In this document: piece after piece, positions 19,187 through 28,636 of the stretch
Position numbering within the stretch: the stretch's first letter is position 1
Layout: each line of letters begins with the position of its first letter
Source of the DNA: an uncultured candidate division Zixibacteria bacterium
Lineage (GTDB): Bacteria; Zixibacteria; MSB-5A5; GN15; FEB-12
DNA length: 64,000 nucleotides
Direction of reading: 5' to 3'
Assembly: GCA_963735035.1 (NCBI GenBank)
Contig: CAVTJJ010000004.1
Coordinates: forward strand, 576,001 to 640,000
Notes under the pieces: generated by a model
What the model was told of the DNA's origin: nothing
The model's database searches: none
What the model saw: the letters and a program-made list of their open reading frames with translations, nothing else
Position numbers and translations under genes: made by a program

Positions 19187-20371
19187 ATGCGAGTCAGTTT
19201 CGCGGGGCATCGTCGAGTAATAGGTAAGTCCAGCGACGGGCGGATGATCCGGTCCATGGCCTTCATGGTCTCATTCGCTATGGTGGTTGGTTTCGGACTT
19301 TGTAGTTGCACCAATGACGGCATTCCCGGGGACATTAGGGACGTCTGGAATTCCTACGAAACCGCCTTACGGGCAGGTGACGAGCCGGCCGCCAGGTCAT
19401 TGTGGACAGAGGAATCTGCACGGTTTTGTGAGCTATTGACCGGGGACTCGCTCAGAAATCGAGAGTCTACCTATAGCCTCATCAAGGTCGACAAACATGA
19501 CGCGTATGTAAGATTGCAGGTGTTGGAGGAATGGGGCGAAATGCAGATGGCTCATTTCTTCTACCTGGTCCGACCGGCAGACAAGTATCTCTTTCAATAT
19601 CCCTTCATACTGTTTGCCAATGATTGGCCGACCGTGAAGACCACCCATTTCACGTTTCACCTTCGCCCGTCTGCGGACGAGCTATTCGCCACACAGAATG
19701 GCAGTGCTACACCGTTGGATACACTGCCGTACGAGCGATATGTTTCCCGCCTGCTGCAACTGACGGGTCTCGATCTTCAACAGCCCATAGACTACTATCT
19801 TTGCGATGATACTTCACAAGTCAGCCTGCTTGCTGGGCTCAAGAATGCCTTCCGGATCACCATAGGGTCCTGCTCCATTACGACGCGAGCCAATGACTTC
19901 TCTGAGATAGCCGGGATTGTCCTGAGAAGACAGACTGGTCCAATAGAGTTTCTTCGTATCGGTCTGTGCGGTTCCGGCGAGAGTGAGCGAGTCCTCTCGG
20001 AGAATACGCCGAGCGCGACGATGAGCAACTATTCGTTCTGTGCGAAGTACTTGTCTCGGTTGACACCCGATACTCTCGACATTCTCTTTGATTTGGAGAC
20101 GGCTGATCTGACTTTGTATCGGCGCTTGTACACTATGAGAAAGAACGTTGCCGGTACGCTAGTTTACGAGATGATTCGAAGGGATTCGGCAAATCAATTT
20201 GCCGCGTTATACAGGGGATCGCGAACCGGAGACGATTTCAACCGATTGTTCTTGAGTGTCTACGGTGAACAACCGTACTCGATGCTTAAGGCAGTTAATC
20301 AGCGATATACCGAATACATCAATAAGAATGGGCCGACACTGCAAAACCCTGGGAAAGCAGGTTCGCACTGA
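19187..20371 (+). CDS. Hypothetical lipoprotein, peptidase MA-like architecture without HExxH (start uncertain)
   Basis: Hydrophobic leader ending LCSC, WPTVKTTHFTFH, PIDYYLC. Confidence 0.6.
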   Translation: MRVSFAGHRRVIGKSSDGRMIRSMAFMVSFAMVVGFGLCSCTNDGIPGDIRDVWNSYETALRAGDEPAARSLWTEESARFCELLTGDSLRNRESTYSLIKVDKHDAYVRLQVLEEWGEMQMAHFFYLVRPADKYLFQYPFILFANDWPTVKTTHFTFHLRPSADELFATQNGSATPLDTLPYERYVSRLLQLTGLDLQQPIDYYLCDDTSQVSLLAGLKNAFRITIGSCSITTRANDFSEIAGIVLRRQTGPIEFLRIGLCGSGESERVLSENTPSATMSNYSFCAKYLSRLTPDTLDILFDLETADLTLYRRLYTMRKNVAGTLVYEMIRRDSANQFAALYRGSRTGDDFNRLFLSVYGEQPYSMLKAVNQRYTEYINKNGPTLQNPGKAGSH

Positions 20372-20386
20372 ACCAACAATAGTAAG

Positions 20387-21286
20387 ATGACCGGCTATCT
20401 CAACCGTTACATTAGTATTGCACTTCTTCTATTACTCCCGGTTGCCGCAATTATCGGGTGTTCGAGCGACCGTGGGACTCAGCGGCAATTCACTTCCGAT
20501 GGGCGTGTCTATCAATATCGCGTCCTGGCACAGAACATTACGGATTTGGACGTTGATCTCCTAAATGTAATTCATGTTTCCGCCGAGCACTGTGACCTGA
20601 CTATCAGCAAGTCTCTTGATTCGTCGCTGCCGAAACTGATTCAATGGGCCGAGGACGGATACGCGCGTGTCTCCATGGACCTCGGATATGATATGGCATC
20701 GCAACGGCCGCTTGTTCTCTACCTGACGCATCTTCAATACGGGGCTTTGACTCCGGCCAAGAGCGGTGGCATCATGACGGCAGACCCTCTCAACAAGAAT
20801 CGCATTCTCATCGATGCCGATCGCTTTAAGCCTGGGGACGAGTTGACGCCGACTGTATTCGCGCATGAGTTGTGCCATCTTGTCTGCCATTACTTGAGAG
20901 GCGCGGTCATGCCGCATGCCACTTACGGTTTGAGGGACAATTTGTGGTCTTTTACCAGTTTCGATGAAGCCGTTGCGGAGGAAGAAGAACTTAGTCGGGA
21001 ACCTTTGCCGTCGGAGCTGCAAAAGGCATTCCCGGATAGTGAATACATGACATTCAAAGAGATGGATTCGGCATCGAACACTGGTTATACAAACGGCATC
21101 GTCGAATGTCGTGCACTGGTGCAGCTTCTGTCGGACTCCGGCCGACCCGGCGCACTTCCGAGAATTTGCGCATCACTTGGCAGAATGCCCGTCGAGGCGG
21201 CTATCGAAGCTGAGACCGGGTTGAAAAGTAGCGAATTGTATCAGCGGTGGTTTGCCTACATGGACAGTCTACGTCAGGACCGTTAG
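20387..21286 (+). CDS. Lipoprotein, putative gluzincin (peptidase MA-like) metallopeptidase
   Basis: Lipobox IIGC, FAHELCH, downstream FDEAVAE. Confidence 0.7.
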   Translation: MTGYLNRYISIALLLLLPVAAIIGCSSDRGTQRQFTSDGRVYQYRVLAQNITDLDVDLLNVIHVSAEHCDLTISKSLDSSLPKLIQWAEDGYARVSMDLGYDMASQRPLVLYLTHLQYGALTPAKSGGIMTADPLNKNRILIDADRFKPGDELTPTVFAHELCHLVCHYLRGAVMPHATYGLRDNLWSFTSFDEAVAEEEELSREPLPSELQKAFPDSEYMTFKEMDSASNTGYTNGIVECRALVQLLSDSGRPGALPRICASLGRMPVEAAIEAETGLKSSELYQRWFAYMDSLRQDR

Positions 21287-21444
21287 CGGCCATCACACCT
21301 CGCGCCACCTAACCGAAAGAACCACACCCGATTCCGTCTGCCTCGGAGCAGCATAGACTTTTCAGGCCCACTTTACCGTTGGCTTTGAGGAACCTGCGGC
21401 CAGCTTTTCTTGTTTCTCACCTCAGACTATTAAGGAGGTCTACT

Positions 21445-22035
21445 ATGAGTAACGTGTCTTATCCTCGAAGTGGCCCGATGGTGTTGATGCTGGTTCTTGC
21501 CATGCTGTTGCCATCGCTGGCTTTTTCAGCCGGTTCGAAGAGCGTGAAGACCGATGCAAACGCCACCCCCGCTGTCCGTCAGGCGACCGAGAAGTACAAC
21601 GACGGCGTCAAGCACATGAACATGGGCAAGGCGGACGAAACCAAGTGGGGCTCGGCGACCGCGTGGGACTACATGCCGACCAAGGTTGCCAAGGCTGAGG
21701 AAGAGTATGGCAAGGCGGTCACTGATTTCCAGGCGGCCACAGGTCTACGCCCGAACATGATCGAGGCGTTGAACGATCTGGGTTTCTGCCTTCGGAAATT
21801 AGACCGGCTCCCGGAATCGCTTCAGGCCTACAACAAGGCGCTCGCCATCGACAGTCTCAACGTACAGGCTCGCGAGTATCGTGGTGAATTGTATCTCGCC
21901 ATGGGCAACGCGGACGGGGCAAACGGAGATTTGCAGACGCTGGAGCGGTTGAAGTCACCTCTGGCTAAAGAGCTGACGAAATCGATCGAAGAGTTCCAGA
22001 AGGAACATGTCGGCGGCACCGCCGCGAAGAAGTAG
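21445..22035 (+). CDS. Secreted TPR repeat protein
   Basis: AAGGAGG RBS, signal peptide, EALNDLGFCLRKL..YNKALAID, AREYRGELYLAMG. Confidence 0.85.
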   Translation: MSNVSYPRSGPMVLMLVLAMLLPSLAFSAGSKSVKTDANATPAVRQATEKYNDGVKHMNMGKADETKWGSATAWDYMPTKVAKAEEEYGKAVTDFQAATGLRPNMIEALNDLGFCLRKLDRLPESLQAYNKALAIDSLNVQAREYRGELYLAMGNADGANGDLQTLERLKSPLAKELTKSIEEFQKEHVGGTAAKK

Positions 22036-22093
22036 CACCTTTTTTCGGCGCTCCGACAACTCCGTGGTGGGTTGTTGGAAGGTATTCAAAATC

Positions 22094-22130
22094 AGTGCCC
22101 GGCAGACAAGGATGTATGCCGGGCACTTTT
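22094..22130. terminator. Hairpin between convergent genes (variant of the GTGCCCGGCAGA REP family)
   Basis: AGTGCCCGGCA...TGCCGGGCACT followed by TTT. Confidence 0.6.
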
Positions 22131-22162
22131 GTTTAGCGAGTTCGAAGCGGGCCACACCATTA

Positions 22163-23887
22163 TTAGTCCATCGACGTGTATCGGTACGGATAATAGTGCG
22201 GGTCCCACATAGCGCCGCGAATCAGTTCGGCCAGGTGCTCGTCCGATGTAATCATCCCCAGACCGTCCTCACGCGCCTGCTTTGCAACGGCCATTGCGAC
22301 TGTAAATGACACTTCGCGCGTGTTCTTCAGCGGCGGCAGGAGCGCACCCTTAGCGCGCTGGTCGGCTGTCACCATGTCGGAGATGGCGCAGGTGGCCGCG
22401 TGGAACATCCGGTAGCTGATTTTCTGCGCCTGACAGACAATTGCACCCAGACCGAGACCGGGGAAGACATACAGATTATTGCACTGCGAAATCGCAATCT
22501 CGCGACCATCCGGGCCGGAGACAGGAGCAGACGGGCTCCCGGTGGCTATCAGAGCGCGACCGTTGGTGGCAGCGATGGCAATTTCCGGAGTTGTTTCACA
22601 GCAAGAGGTCGGGTTAGACAACGCCAGGACAACCGGCCGTTCGCAATTTGCCGCCATGGTCTTGAGAATTGTCTCGTTGAACGCCCCGCCCTGGCCGGAC
22701 AGGCCGATCAGTGTCGTGATCCGCGCATACTTGACAACATCATCAAGTTTGGGCGGACGGTCTTTGGCCACTTTCCAGTCCGCTATAGCAGCGCGCGGCT
22801 GGAGGAAATTGACCTGATACGGGTCAGTCGAGTCACCTTCGAGCAGGAGACCGTTGATATCAATCGCGTAGATTCTACGGCGGGCTTCGGCCACCGACAG
22901 GCCCCCTTCGGCCGTCATCAGTGTTACCAGTGCATTGGCGACGCCACTTCCAGCCTGACCAAAACCGAGTATCGCGAAACGTTCTTCCGAGAGAGGTCGT
23001 TTCGTTATCTGAGATGCCGTCCGGAAAGCGGCCGCCGCGGTCGCGCCCGTCCCCTGGATGTCATCGTTGAAACTCAGGATACGATCATGATAGCGCTGAA
23101 GCAGCGTAGCGGCATGTTGTTTGCCGAAATCTTCCCATTGCAGGAGGGCGCGGGGGAAGACCCGCTTTACGCCTTGAACGAAACGCTCGATGACTTCATA
23201 ATACGCTTCACCGGTCAGTCGCTTCTGACGAATTCCAATATAGAGCGGATCGTTCAGCAACCGTTCATTGTTGGTGCCGACATCAATAGTCACCGGGCAG
23301 GTAGAGGCCGGGTGGATACCGGCTGCCGCGACATAAAGAGCGATCTTGCCCACCGGGATACCCATGCCGTCGGCGCCGAGATCGCCCAATCCGAGAATGC
23401 GTTCGCCGTCAGTGGCGACCAATAACGATATGTTGGGTAGTCCGACATTCTTGAGAATCTGCTCGACATTGTCAACGTTGTTCGGCGAAATGTAGATGCC
23501 TCGCCAGCGCCGAATGATATGCGAGAGGGTCATGCAGGCCTGACCGACCGTAGGCGTGTACACGATCGGCAGCATCTCCTCGATGTTCCGCGTCAGTTGG
23601 GCGTAGAAGATCGTCTCGTTGCGATCGAGCAAACCGATCAAGGTGACATATCTCTCGAGGTCAGTGGTCTTCATTCGGAACATGTCGTAGCTGCGCTGAA
23701 GCTGTACGTCGAGTTCCGCGACCGGTTCCGGCAAGAGCCCGGCGAGGTCGAACTCGGCTCGCTCCAACCTGGGGAACGCCTGGCCCTTGTTAAGCAGCGG
23801 ATCAGCCATCAGGGTCTGTCCCTTCTGAGGGACGGCATAATATATTTCGTGGGTCAGAGGATCGACCCGCATTTCAAAACGTTTCAT
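22163..23887 (-). CDS. maeA: NAD-dependent malic enzyme
   Basis: PIVYTPTVG, TDGERILGLGDLG, QWEDF, FNDDIQGTG, ALSNPTS, SQCNNLYVFPGLGLG. Confidence 0.95.
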   Translation of the reverse strand: MKRFEMRVDPLTHEIYYAVPQKGQTLMADPLLNKGQAFPRLERAEFDLAGLLPEPVAELDVQLQRSYDMFRMKTTDLERYVTLIGLLDRNETIFYAQLTRNIEEMLPIVYTPTVGQACMTLSHIIRRWRGIYISPNNVDNVEQILKNVGLPNISLLVATDGERILGLGDLGADGMGIPVGKIALYVAAAGIHPASTCPVTIDVGTNNERLLNDPLYIGIRQKRLTGEAYYEVIERFVQGVKRVFPRALLQWEDFGKQHAATLLQRYHDRILSFNDDIQGTGATAAAAFRTASQITKRPLSEERFAILGFGQAGSGVANALVTLMTAEGGLSVAEARRRIYAIDINGLLLEGDSTDPYQVNFLQPRAAIADWKVAKDRPPKLDDVVKYARITTLIGLSGQGGAFNETILKTMAANCERPVVLALSNPTSCCETTPEIAIAATNGRALIATGSPSAPVSGPDGREIAISQCNNLYVFPGLGLGAIVCQAQKISYRMFHAATCAISDMVTADQRAKGALLPPLKNTREVSFTVAMAVAKQAREDGLGMITSDEHLAELIRGAMWDPHYYPYRYTSMD

Positions 23888-24009
23888 CGATACTTCTCCT
23901 TAGTGACCGCCCCTGTTGGCGGTTGGGAGGGAAGATGGACGCAGCAACTCAGGATGTCAAGAGTTGCGTTGACATGGGAAATACAAGAAGAAATGGCGGC
24001 AAATAGGCA

Positions 24010-24432
24010 TTATCTCAGTTCGAGATAGTAGTGAATCGATGCTATCGTGAGACCCAGGCCGATGCCCAAATAAATCGGTGCAATGAACACCTTGGAAATC
24101 GGCAAGTGCCGAAGCGTGTACCCCATCAGGATCATCACCGGGACAATCAGATAGCCGCGCCAGTGTTGAAAGGCGAAAATGCAAACGCGGTCTTTCTCCG
24201 GTGCGAGGTGATGAACCCGGGAGATATTCTCCCGCACGAGTCGCAGGAAGCCGAACCGATAGATGAACCATCCGGCAATGAGGCCAAGGCAGAGTGCGGG
24301 CAGGACATACACAACTGCATTAAGCAGCCAGAACGCGGCGGCGGCGACTAGTCCTAGACCGACCGCTGACCAGACCAGTCCGGCTATCAAGAAGAGGGTT
24401 GTTCTTTTTGCTGCCGGGTCTTGCATGTACAA
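24010..24432 (-). CDS. Conserved hypothetical membrane protein
   Basis: Four TMs, AGLVWSAVG, CIFAFQHWRGY, IYLGIGLGL. Confidence 0.75.
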   Translation of the reverse strand: MYMQDPAAKRTTLFLIAGLVWSAVGLGLVAAAAFWLLNAVVYVLPALCLGLIAGWFIYRFGFLRLVRENISRVHHLAPEKDRVCIFAFQHWRGYLIVPVMILMGYTLRHLPISKVFIAPIYLGIGLGLTIASIHYYLELR

Positions 24433-24507
24433 TTTACTCGGTTCAGAAGGTCCAGAAGTTTTTCATAGCGATAATTTGCGACAGCCGGAAGGCTGTCATA
24501 CCTGCGG

Positions 24508-24690
24508 AGGCCTGTTGACAAAATCTCTTTCCTGTCATCGCGAGTCTCGACTGCGCTTCGCGGACGAGACGTGGCGATCTCAAACTATACTGGCACAACG
24601 AGCTTGAGATTGCCACGCTACGATGCCCCGCCTCGCGGCGGACCATCTCCGCTCGCAATGACGAATAGGCATGGTTCTTCAACACTTCCC
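24508..24690 (-). mobile_element. MITE-like element (copy 1, inverted relative to the 29918 and 49874 copies)
   Basis: Ends GGCCTGTTGACAAA / TTCTTCAACACTTCC; internal GTCATCGCGAG...CTCGCAATGAC palindrome similar to the other copies. Confidence 0.75.
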
Positions 24691-24753
24691 GCCACGGGGG
24701 TGACGGAACCGGTGGTTCCGTATTGTTGTCATCGGCAAATTCGTGACGACCTC

Positions 24754-25275
24754 TCAAAACCAGGTTCCTTCACGGTAGCGACGATAGTCATCGCCGTACC
24801 GTTTCTCCAAAGCATCTTCTTCAACCCATCGCCAATAGAATATGTTTCCGATGCCAAACGTGCCGGCGATTATACTTATGCCGGCAGCCTGATAAAGAAG
24901 CCAGCCCAGAATCCAGAGCATGAACCCGGTGTACATCGGATGACGAAGCCTGGCGAACAGTCCCCCGGTTATCAGATGATCGATATTGTCCACGCCCCTC
25001 AATTGTAGCAGGGCGCCTACTGCCAGGCACCAGCCGAGAATCACGATGCCGAGACCGGCCCACTTTACGATTCCCAGCAGCACCAATGGACGAGGGTCCG
25101 AGGTACACATGATGAACCAACTCAGCCAGAGAATGAGCATGGTCAGGGCGACGAGTGCGAAGACAGGTCGGTTCTCCGCTCTGATCTTGCCGCTTCGCTT
25201 CAGACACTCATAGCCGGACCGGACCACCATACCAATGGTGAACAGACTGAACAGGCACCAATAGTCCGGAATCAT
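24754..25275 (-). CDS. Isoprenylcysteine carboxyl methyltransferase/PEMT family membrane protein
   Basis: LITGGLFARLRHPMYTG, EEDALEKRYGDDYRRY. Confidence 0.9.
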   Translation of the reverse strand: MIPDYWCLFSLFTIGMVVRSGYECLKRSGKIRAENRPVFALVALTMLILWLSWFIMCTSDPRPLVLLGIVKWAGLGIVILGWCLAVGALLQLRGVDNIDHLITGGLFARLRHPMYTGFMLWILGWLLYQAAGISIIAGTFGIGNIFYWRWVEEDALEKRYGDDYRRYREGTWF

Positions 25276-25285
25276 GCTGCGCCTC

Positions 25286-27100
25286 TTAGAACACTCCGAA
25301 GTAGAACAGGATCGGCAGGATCAGTCCGGCGATCAGAGCCTCGCCGCCGATGAATCCCGACGCCACAGTCACGTAATTGCGTTCGTATGACTCTGGAGAT
25401 GACTTCTGCCATATCCAGCCAATGATCGACCCGATACCTATCGGTATGTTCAATGTACCCGGTAATATCAACGCGAAACCGAAGCCGCCGGCGCTCGGCA
25501 GCCAATGCCAGCCTAATTTGTCCTTGCAGAGGGCTATCGCCACACCTACGAAAGAGGCGATCACGGTCCACAGGAGTGCGCCGGGTGGAAAAGCAGAATA
25601 CCCCTTGGACATAAGCACCGCCATGTTGGCGAGTTTCAATCCGGTGGGCGCCGCGAGGCCATCGCCGCCGAGGCCGTAGTGCCCGATCAGGATTGGGTAC
25701 ATGATTGCCACCGCGCCCGCCCCAATCGGCACTGCCCAGAACTGCACCCAGGTAAGTACTCTGGGGGTAGAGCCGACCAGTTTGCCGGTCTTGAACACTT
25801 GCATCAACCCTTCACCTTGCGAATTGATATTCCCCGCCATACCGGCCGCCACCAGGTTGTGACCGATGGCAGGCGAGAAGGCGCGGAAAATCGCCTGCAG
25901 CGTGTTGGCCATCAGCGACACCGGACCATTGTTGGTTTCGCCGAGCACCCGCACACCGACCAGAATCAACGGCAGGCCACACACGACCGCAGCCACCGTC
26001 TGCCAGTAGGGCATCTGAAAATGTACGTTCTGTATCCAGGCGAGAAGAATCGTAAACAGAGTGCTCATAATGATGATCGTGCGAAGCGAGACATCGGTTC
26101 TCTCGTGACCGGGTGCTTTGGCCGCCCTTAGCTCGCGGAACATGGAGACGATCGAGCGCCACTTGAGCGCTACTGCTGTCATAGCGGCAAAGATCATGAT
26201 TGCGGTCGCGGGCCACATGAACCAAAGCAGCACGATCGGGAAATGGTCGCCGGCCAGGTAGTTTCTCATCATGCCGCCGTGTTGTGCCAGGAATTCGGTT
26301 TGAGCGGCATCAAGACTGCTTAACGTCGCCAATGACTGTACCTGGTCCCAATATTGAGGTGCGACACTGTTGCGGACTATGAACATGCCCGCTTTTTCCA
26401 TTACCATCGGGCCGAAGAGCCAGACTACCGCCGACCCGAGTAGCATCGACAGGCCGACATTCAAACCGATCAGGAGACCGGTCCCTATGTTCAGGAATCC
26501 CCATTCGAAGCCTACTCGAAAACGGCTGGCGATATTGAGGTTGGGCAGCCACAAGAGGGCGTCGCGGAAGAATGACGCCACTGCACCCACCAACGAGCTT
26601 ACTCCGAGAACTCTCAACCGGGAGCCGGACGCCGCTCCCTGGTCGAGCACGTTGATAGTCTCGGCGGCGGCAACACCGTCGGCGAAAATCATCTCCGGGT
26701 CATCGACAAAATACCGACGGAACATCGCCGAGAAGAACACGCCGATGGCGCCGGAGCAACTCAGCCAGGTGAACATCTCCCATGGCGAGATGTTTACTTT
26801 GACGTCCACCGATTCGTTCATCGAGAGGTAACCGAATGCGGCCGCAACCACGCACATGAAAGCCGTGGACACCGCCGACGTCGCTGCCGACTGAATGATG
26901 TTGTTCTGGATGGCGTTATTGCCTTTGGTCTGCCAGGCAGTGGCGGACAAAAATAGGGCGCCCAGGAACGCGGCCAGGACACTCATGTTCGGCCCCATGC
27001 CGAGCTTCAGAACAATGTACGGGTAAGCCATCGAAATAATGGCCGAGACCACGATCGCGCCGACCACTGATTGCCAGGTGATTTCCGGTTTGTGTGACAT
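25286..27100 (-). CDS. OPT/YSL family oligopeptide or metal-chelate transporter
   Basis: YIVLKLGMGPNMS, NNIIQSAAT, FADGVAAAE, FKTGKLVGSTPR, VASGFIGGEAL; many TMs; GAGG RBS before ATG 27100. Confidence 0.9.
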   Translation of the reverse strand: MSHKPEITWQSVVGAIVVSAIISMAYPYIVLKLGMGPNMSVLAAFLGALFLSATAWQTKGNNAIQNNIIQSAATSAVSTAFMCVVAAAFGYLSMNESVDVKVNISPWEMFTWLSCSGAIGVFFSAMFRRYFVDDPEMIFADGVAAAETINVLDQGAASGSRLRVLGVSSLVGAVASFFRDALLWLPNLNIASRFRVGFEWGFLNIGTGLLIGLNVGLSMLLGSAVVWLFGPMVMEKAGMFIVRNSVAPQYWDQVQSLATLSSLDAAQTEFLAQHGGMMRNYLAGDHFPIVLLWFMWPATAIMIFAAMTAVALKWRSIVSMFRELRAAKAPGHERTDVSLRTIIIMSTLFTILLAWIQNVHFQMPYWQTVAAVVCGLPLILVGVRVLGETNNGPVSLMANTLQAIFRAFSPAIGHNLVAAGMAGNINSQGEGLMQVFKTGKLVGSTPRVLTWVQFWAVPIGAGAVAIMYPILIGHYGLGGDGLAAPTGLKLANMAVLMSKGYSAFPPGALLWTVIASFVGVAIALCKDKLGWHWLPSAGGFGFALILPGTLNIPIGIGSIIGWIWQKSSPESYERNYVTVASGFIGGEALIAGLILPILFYFGVF

Positions 27101-27184
27101 CAACACCTCGTCGGTTGTTTGCTTTGTCAGTTGGAAATCATGGTAGCACGAAATTGGTTGCCAAGTCAAGCTTTTGAGTGTTCT

Positions 27185-27266
27185 GTGGGCGGCAGACCTC
27201 CCGGTCTGCCCCTCAGGGGCACACGGGACCCCCGATCAAGTCGGGGGCAGGCAGTGTGCCGCCCAC
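27185..27266. repeat. REP doublet (GTGGG...CCCAC) with a CCCCGATCAAGTCGGGG loop; empty-site homologue of 29863-30127
   Basis: Aligns by eye with 29863-29917 plus 30100-30127. Confidence 0.8.
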
Positions 27267-27291
27267 GAAGGTCGTCAAACGCACCAAGAAA

Positions 27292-27321
27292 AGAGCGGGC
27301 GATGTTTCCATCACCCGCTCT
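27292..27321 (-). terminator. Intrinsic terminator of the peroxidase/cytochrome-porin operon
   Basis: AGAGCGGGCGATG/CATCACCCGCTCT stem with an adjacent A-rich run (U-tract on the minus strand). Confidence 0.65.
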
Positions 27322-27347
27322 GGTATTCCCATGAAAGAGTCTAAAAC

Positions 27348-28625
27348 CTAGAACGCGAAATCCAGCAACAACGCAAAATGATTGGTCGTGGATTTCTCAG
27401 TATCTCCTTGGATGCGATGCGTGAACTCGCCATGCAAAGCGACATTCACCGCGGTCCAATCGCCCAGATAATACCGCGCCAGTACCGAGAAAGCGTTAAC
27501 CTTGCTATTCTCGTCAGTGGCGGGCGGCTTCACCCAATTATAAAGCACCGACCCCACGAGCCGGTTATTCATCATGAGGGCACAATCGAGCTGCGCGAAG
27601 CCGCCCGTGAACTTGTAGTCCTCGGCGATGGCGCTGTCGGCCGGGACACCGATATTTCGGATGGCCATGTTGTCGACACCCTGCATGAACATCCCGTGAA
27701 GATTGAAAGTCCGCCAGTTGAAGCTGACATCTCCGCCCAGGCGACGGAATGCCTTGTTGTTGTGGCCGGAACCCGTGCCATCAGGGCTCGTGGTGGTAAG
27801 GAGATGGGTAGTAGGCTGCATGCCGAAATAGCCGAACACCCCGACCCGATGCCCGGCATTCTGGCCTTCGCCGCGCCCAATGACCTGCGCCAGTCGGAAG
27901 TAAACATCCTTGGCATTACTGTTGTCCGGATTGGCGCCATTGCCGTTGACCACGCCGAAGCCGTAGCGGAGACCCTTCTTGAAATGTCCGGTGACTTCAA
28001 TTCCGATCTGGTTGTCATCGAACACGAAATCATTGAATGGGGTAGAGAAGGTGTACACTTCATACGGCTGCATCAGGTAGAACGACCTCTTGCTGCTGAA
28101 CGGGTGATAAGCCGGTTCAAACCGTCCGACCCGAAGATTCACGGCATCCTTCACGATGTTACTGAACACCAGGTTGGCCGATTCGAGAACACCCAGTTGA
28201 CTCGGATTGGAACCGTTGCTTGCTCCGGTGTAGTCGGCGGCTGGTTCGTCCAGTCGAGGTGTGTAGATCATCAGGAACGAGACGTTCTTGTGAAGCACGC
28301 CGGCGGCCAGTAGGTCAAGACCGTTCAAGGCGAAGCTGAAGCTGTCGTCTTTACTCTGATGCGATGACAGCAGGCCGAAACTGGTGCGAAGGGCCAGTGG
28401 GACGGTCGACTCTATCACGTTCTTTTCCATCCCCTCCTGATCCGGCATCTGATAGCCGTAATCGCGGAATCTTTGGCCAAAATCATTCAGCTTGGTGTAG
28501 GCAGTGTGACACATGTTGCAGTTGAAACCGTACTTCCGGGCGAACGCCGGTATAGCCTGACTCAACTGAGGGATCAGCAGAATCAGGCCGAGGGCCATCA
28601 CGCTTGATCGTATTGTTTTACTCAC
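27348..28625 (-). CDS. cyc2: Cyc2-like monoheme cytochrome c-porin fusion
   Basis: Signal peptide then AIPAFARKYGFNCNMCH...LNDFGQRFRDYGY (Cyc2 N-terminal signature), beta-barrel body ending LLDFAF. Confidence 0.75.
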   Translation of the reverse strand: MSKTIRSSVMALGLILLIPQLSQAIPAFARKYGFNCNMCHTAYTKLNDFGQRFRDYGYQMPDQEGMEKNVIESTVPLALRTSFGLLSSHQSKDDSFSFALNGLDLLAAGVLHKNVSFLMIYTPRLDEPAADYTGASNGSNPSQLGVLESANLVFSNIVKDAVNLRVGRFEPAYHPFSSKRSFYLMQPYEVYTFSTPFNDFVFDDNQIGIEVTGHFKKGLRYGFGVVNGNGANPDNSNAKDVYFRLAQVIGRGEGQNAGHRVGVFGYFGMQPTTHLLTTTSPDGTGSGHNNKAFRRLGGDVSFNWRTFNLHGMFMQGVDNMAIRNIGVPADSAIAEDYKFTGGFAQLDCALMMNNRLVGSVLYNWVKPPATDENSKVNAFSVLARYYLGDWTAVNVALHGEFTHRIQGDTEKSTTNHFALLLDFAF

Positions 28626-28636
28626 GACTGCCTCCT

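Noticed and set aside
14969..22035. Prophage or ICE integrated at tRNA-Ser
   Set aside because: No integrase, phage or conjugation genes, and no attR copy of the tRNA 3' end seen.
22400..23425. Long antisense ORFs (also 12062-13021, 27378-28313, 46695-47540, 52382-53356, 63292-63987)
   Set aside because: Shadow frames of well-supported genes in GC-rich DNA, with no motifs.
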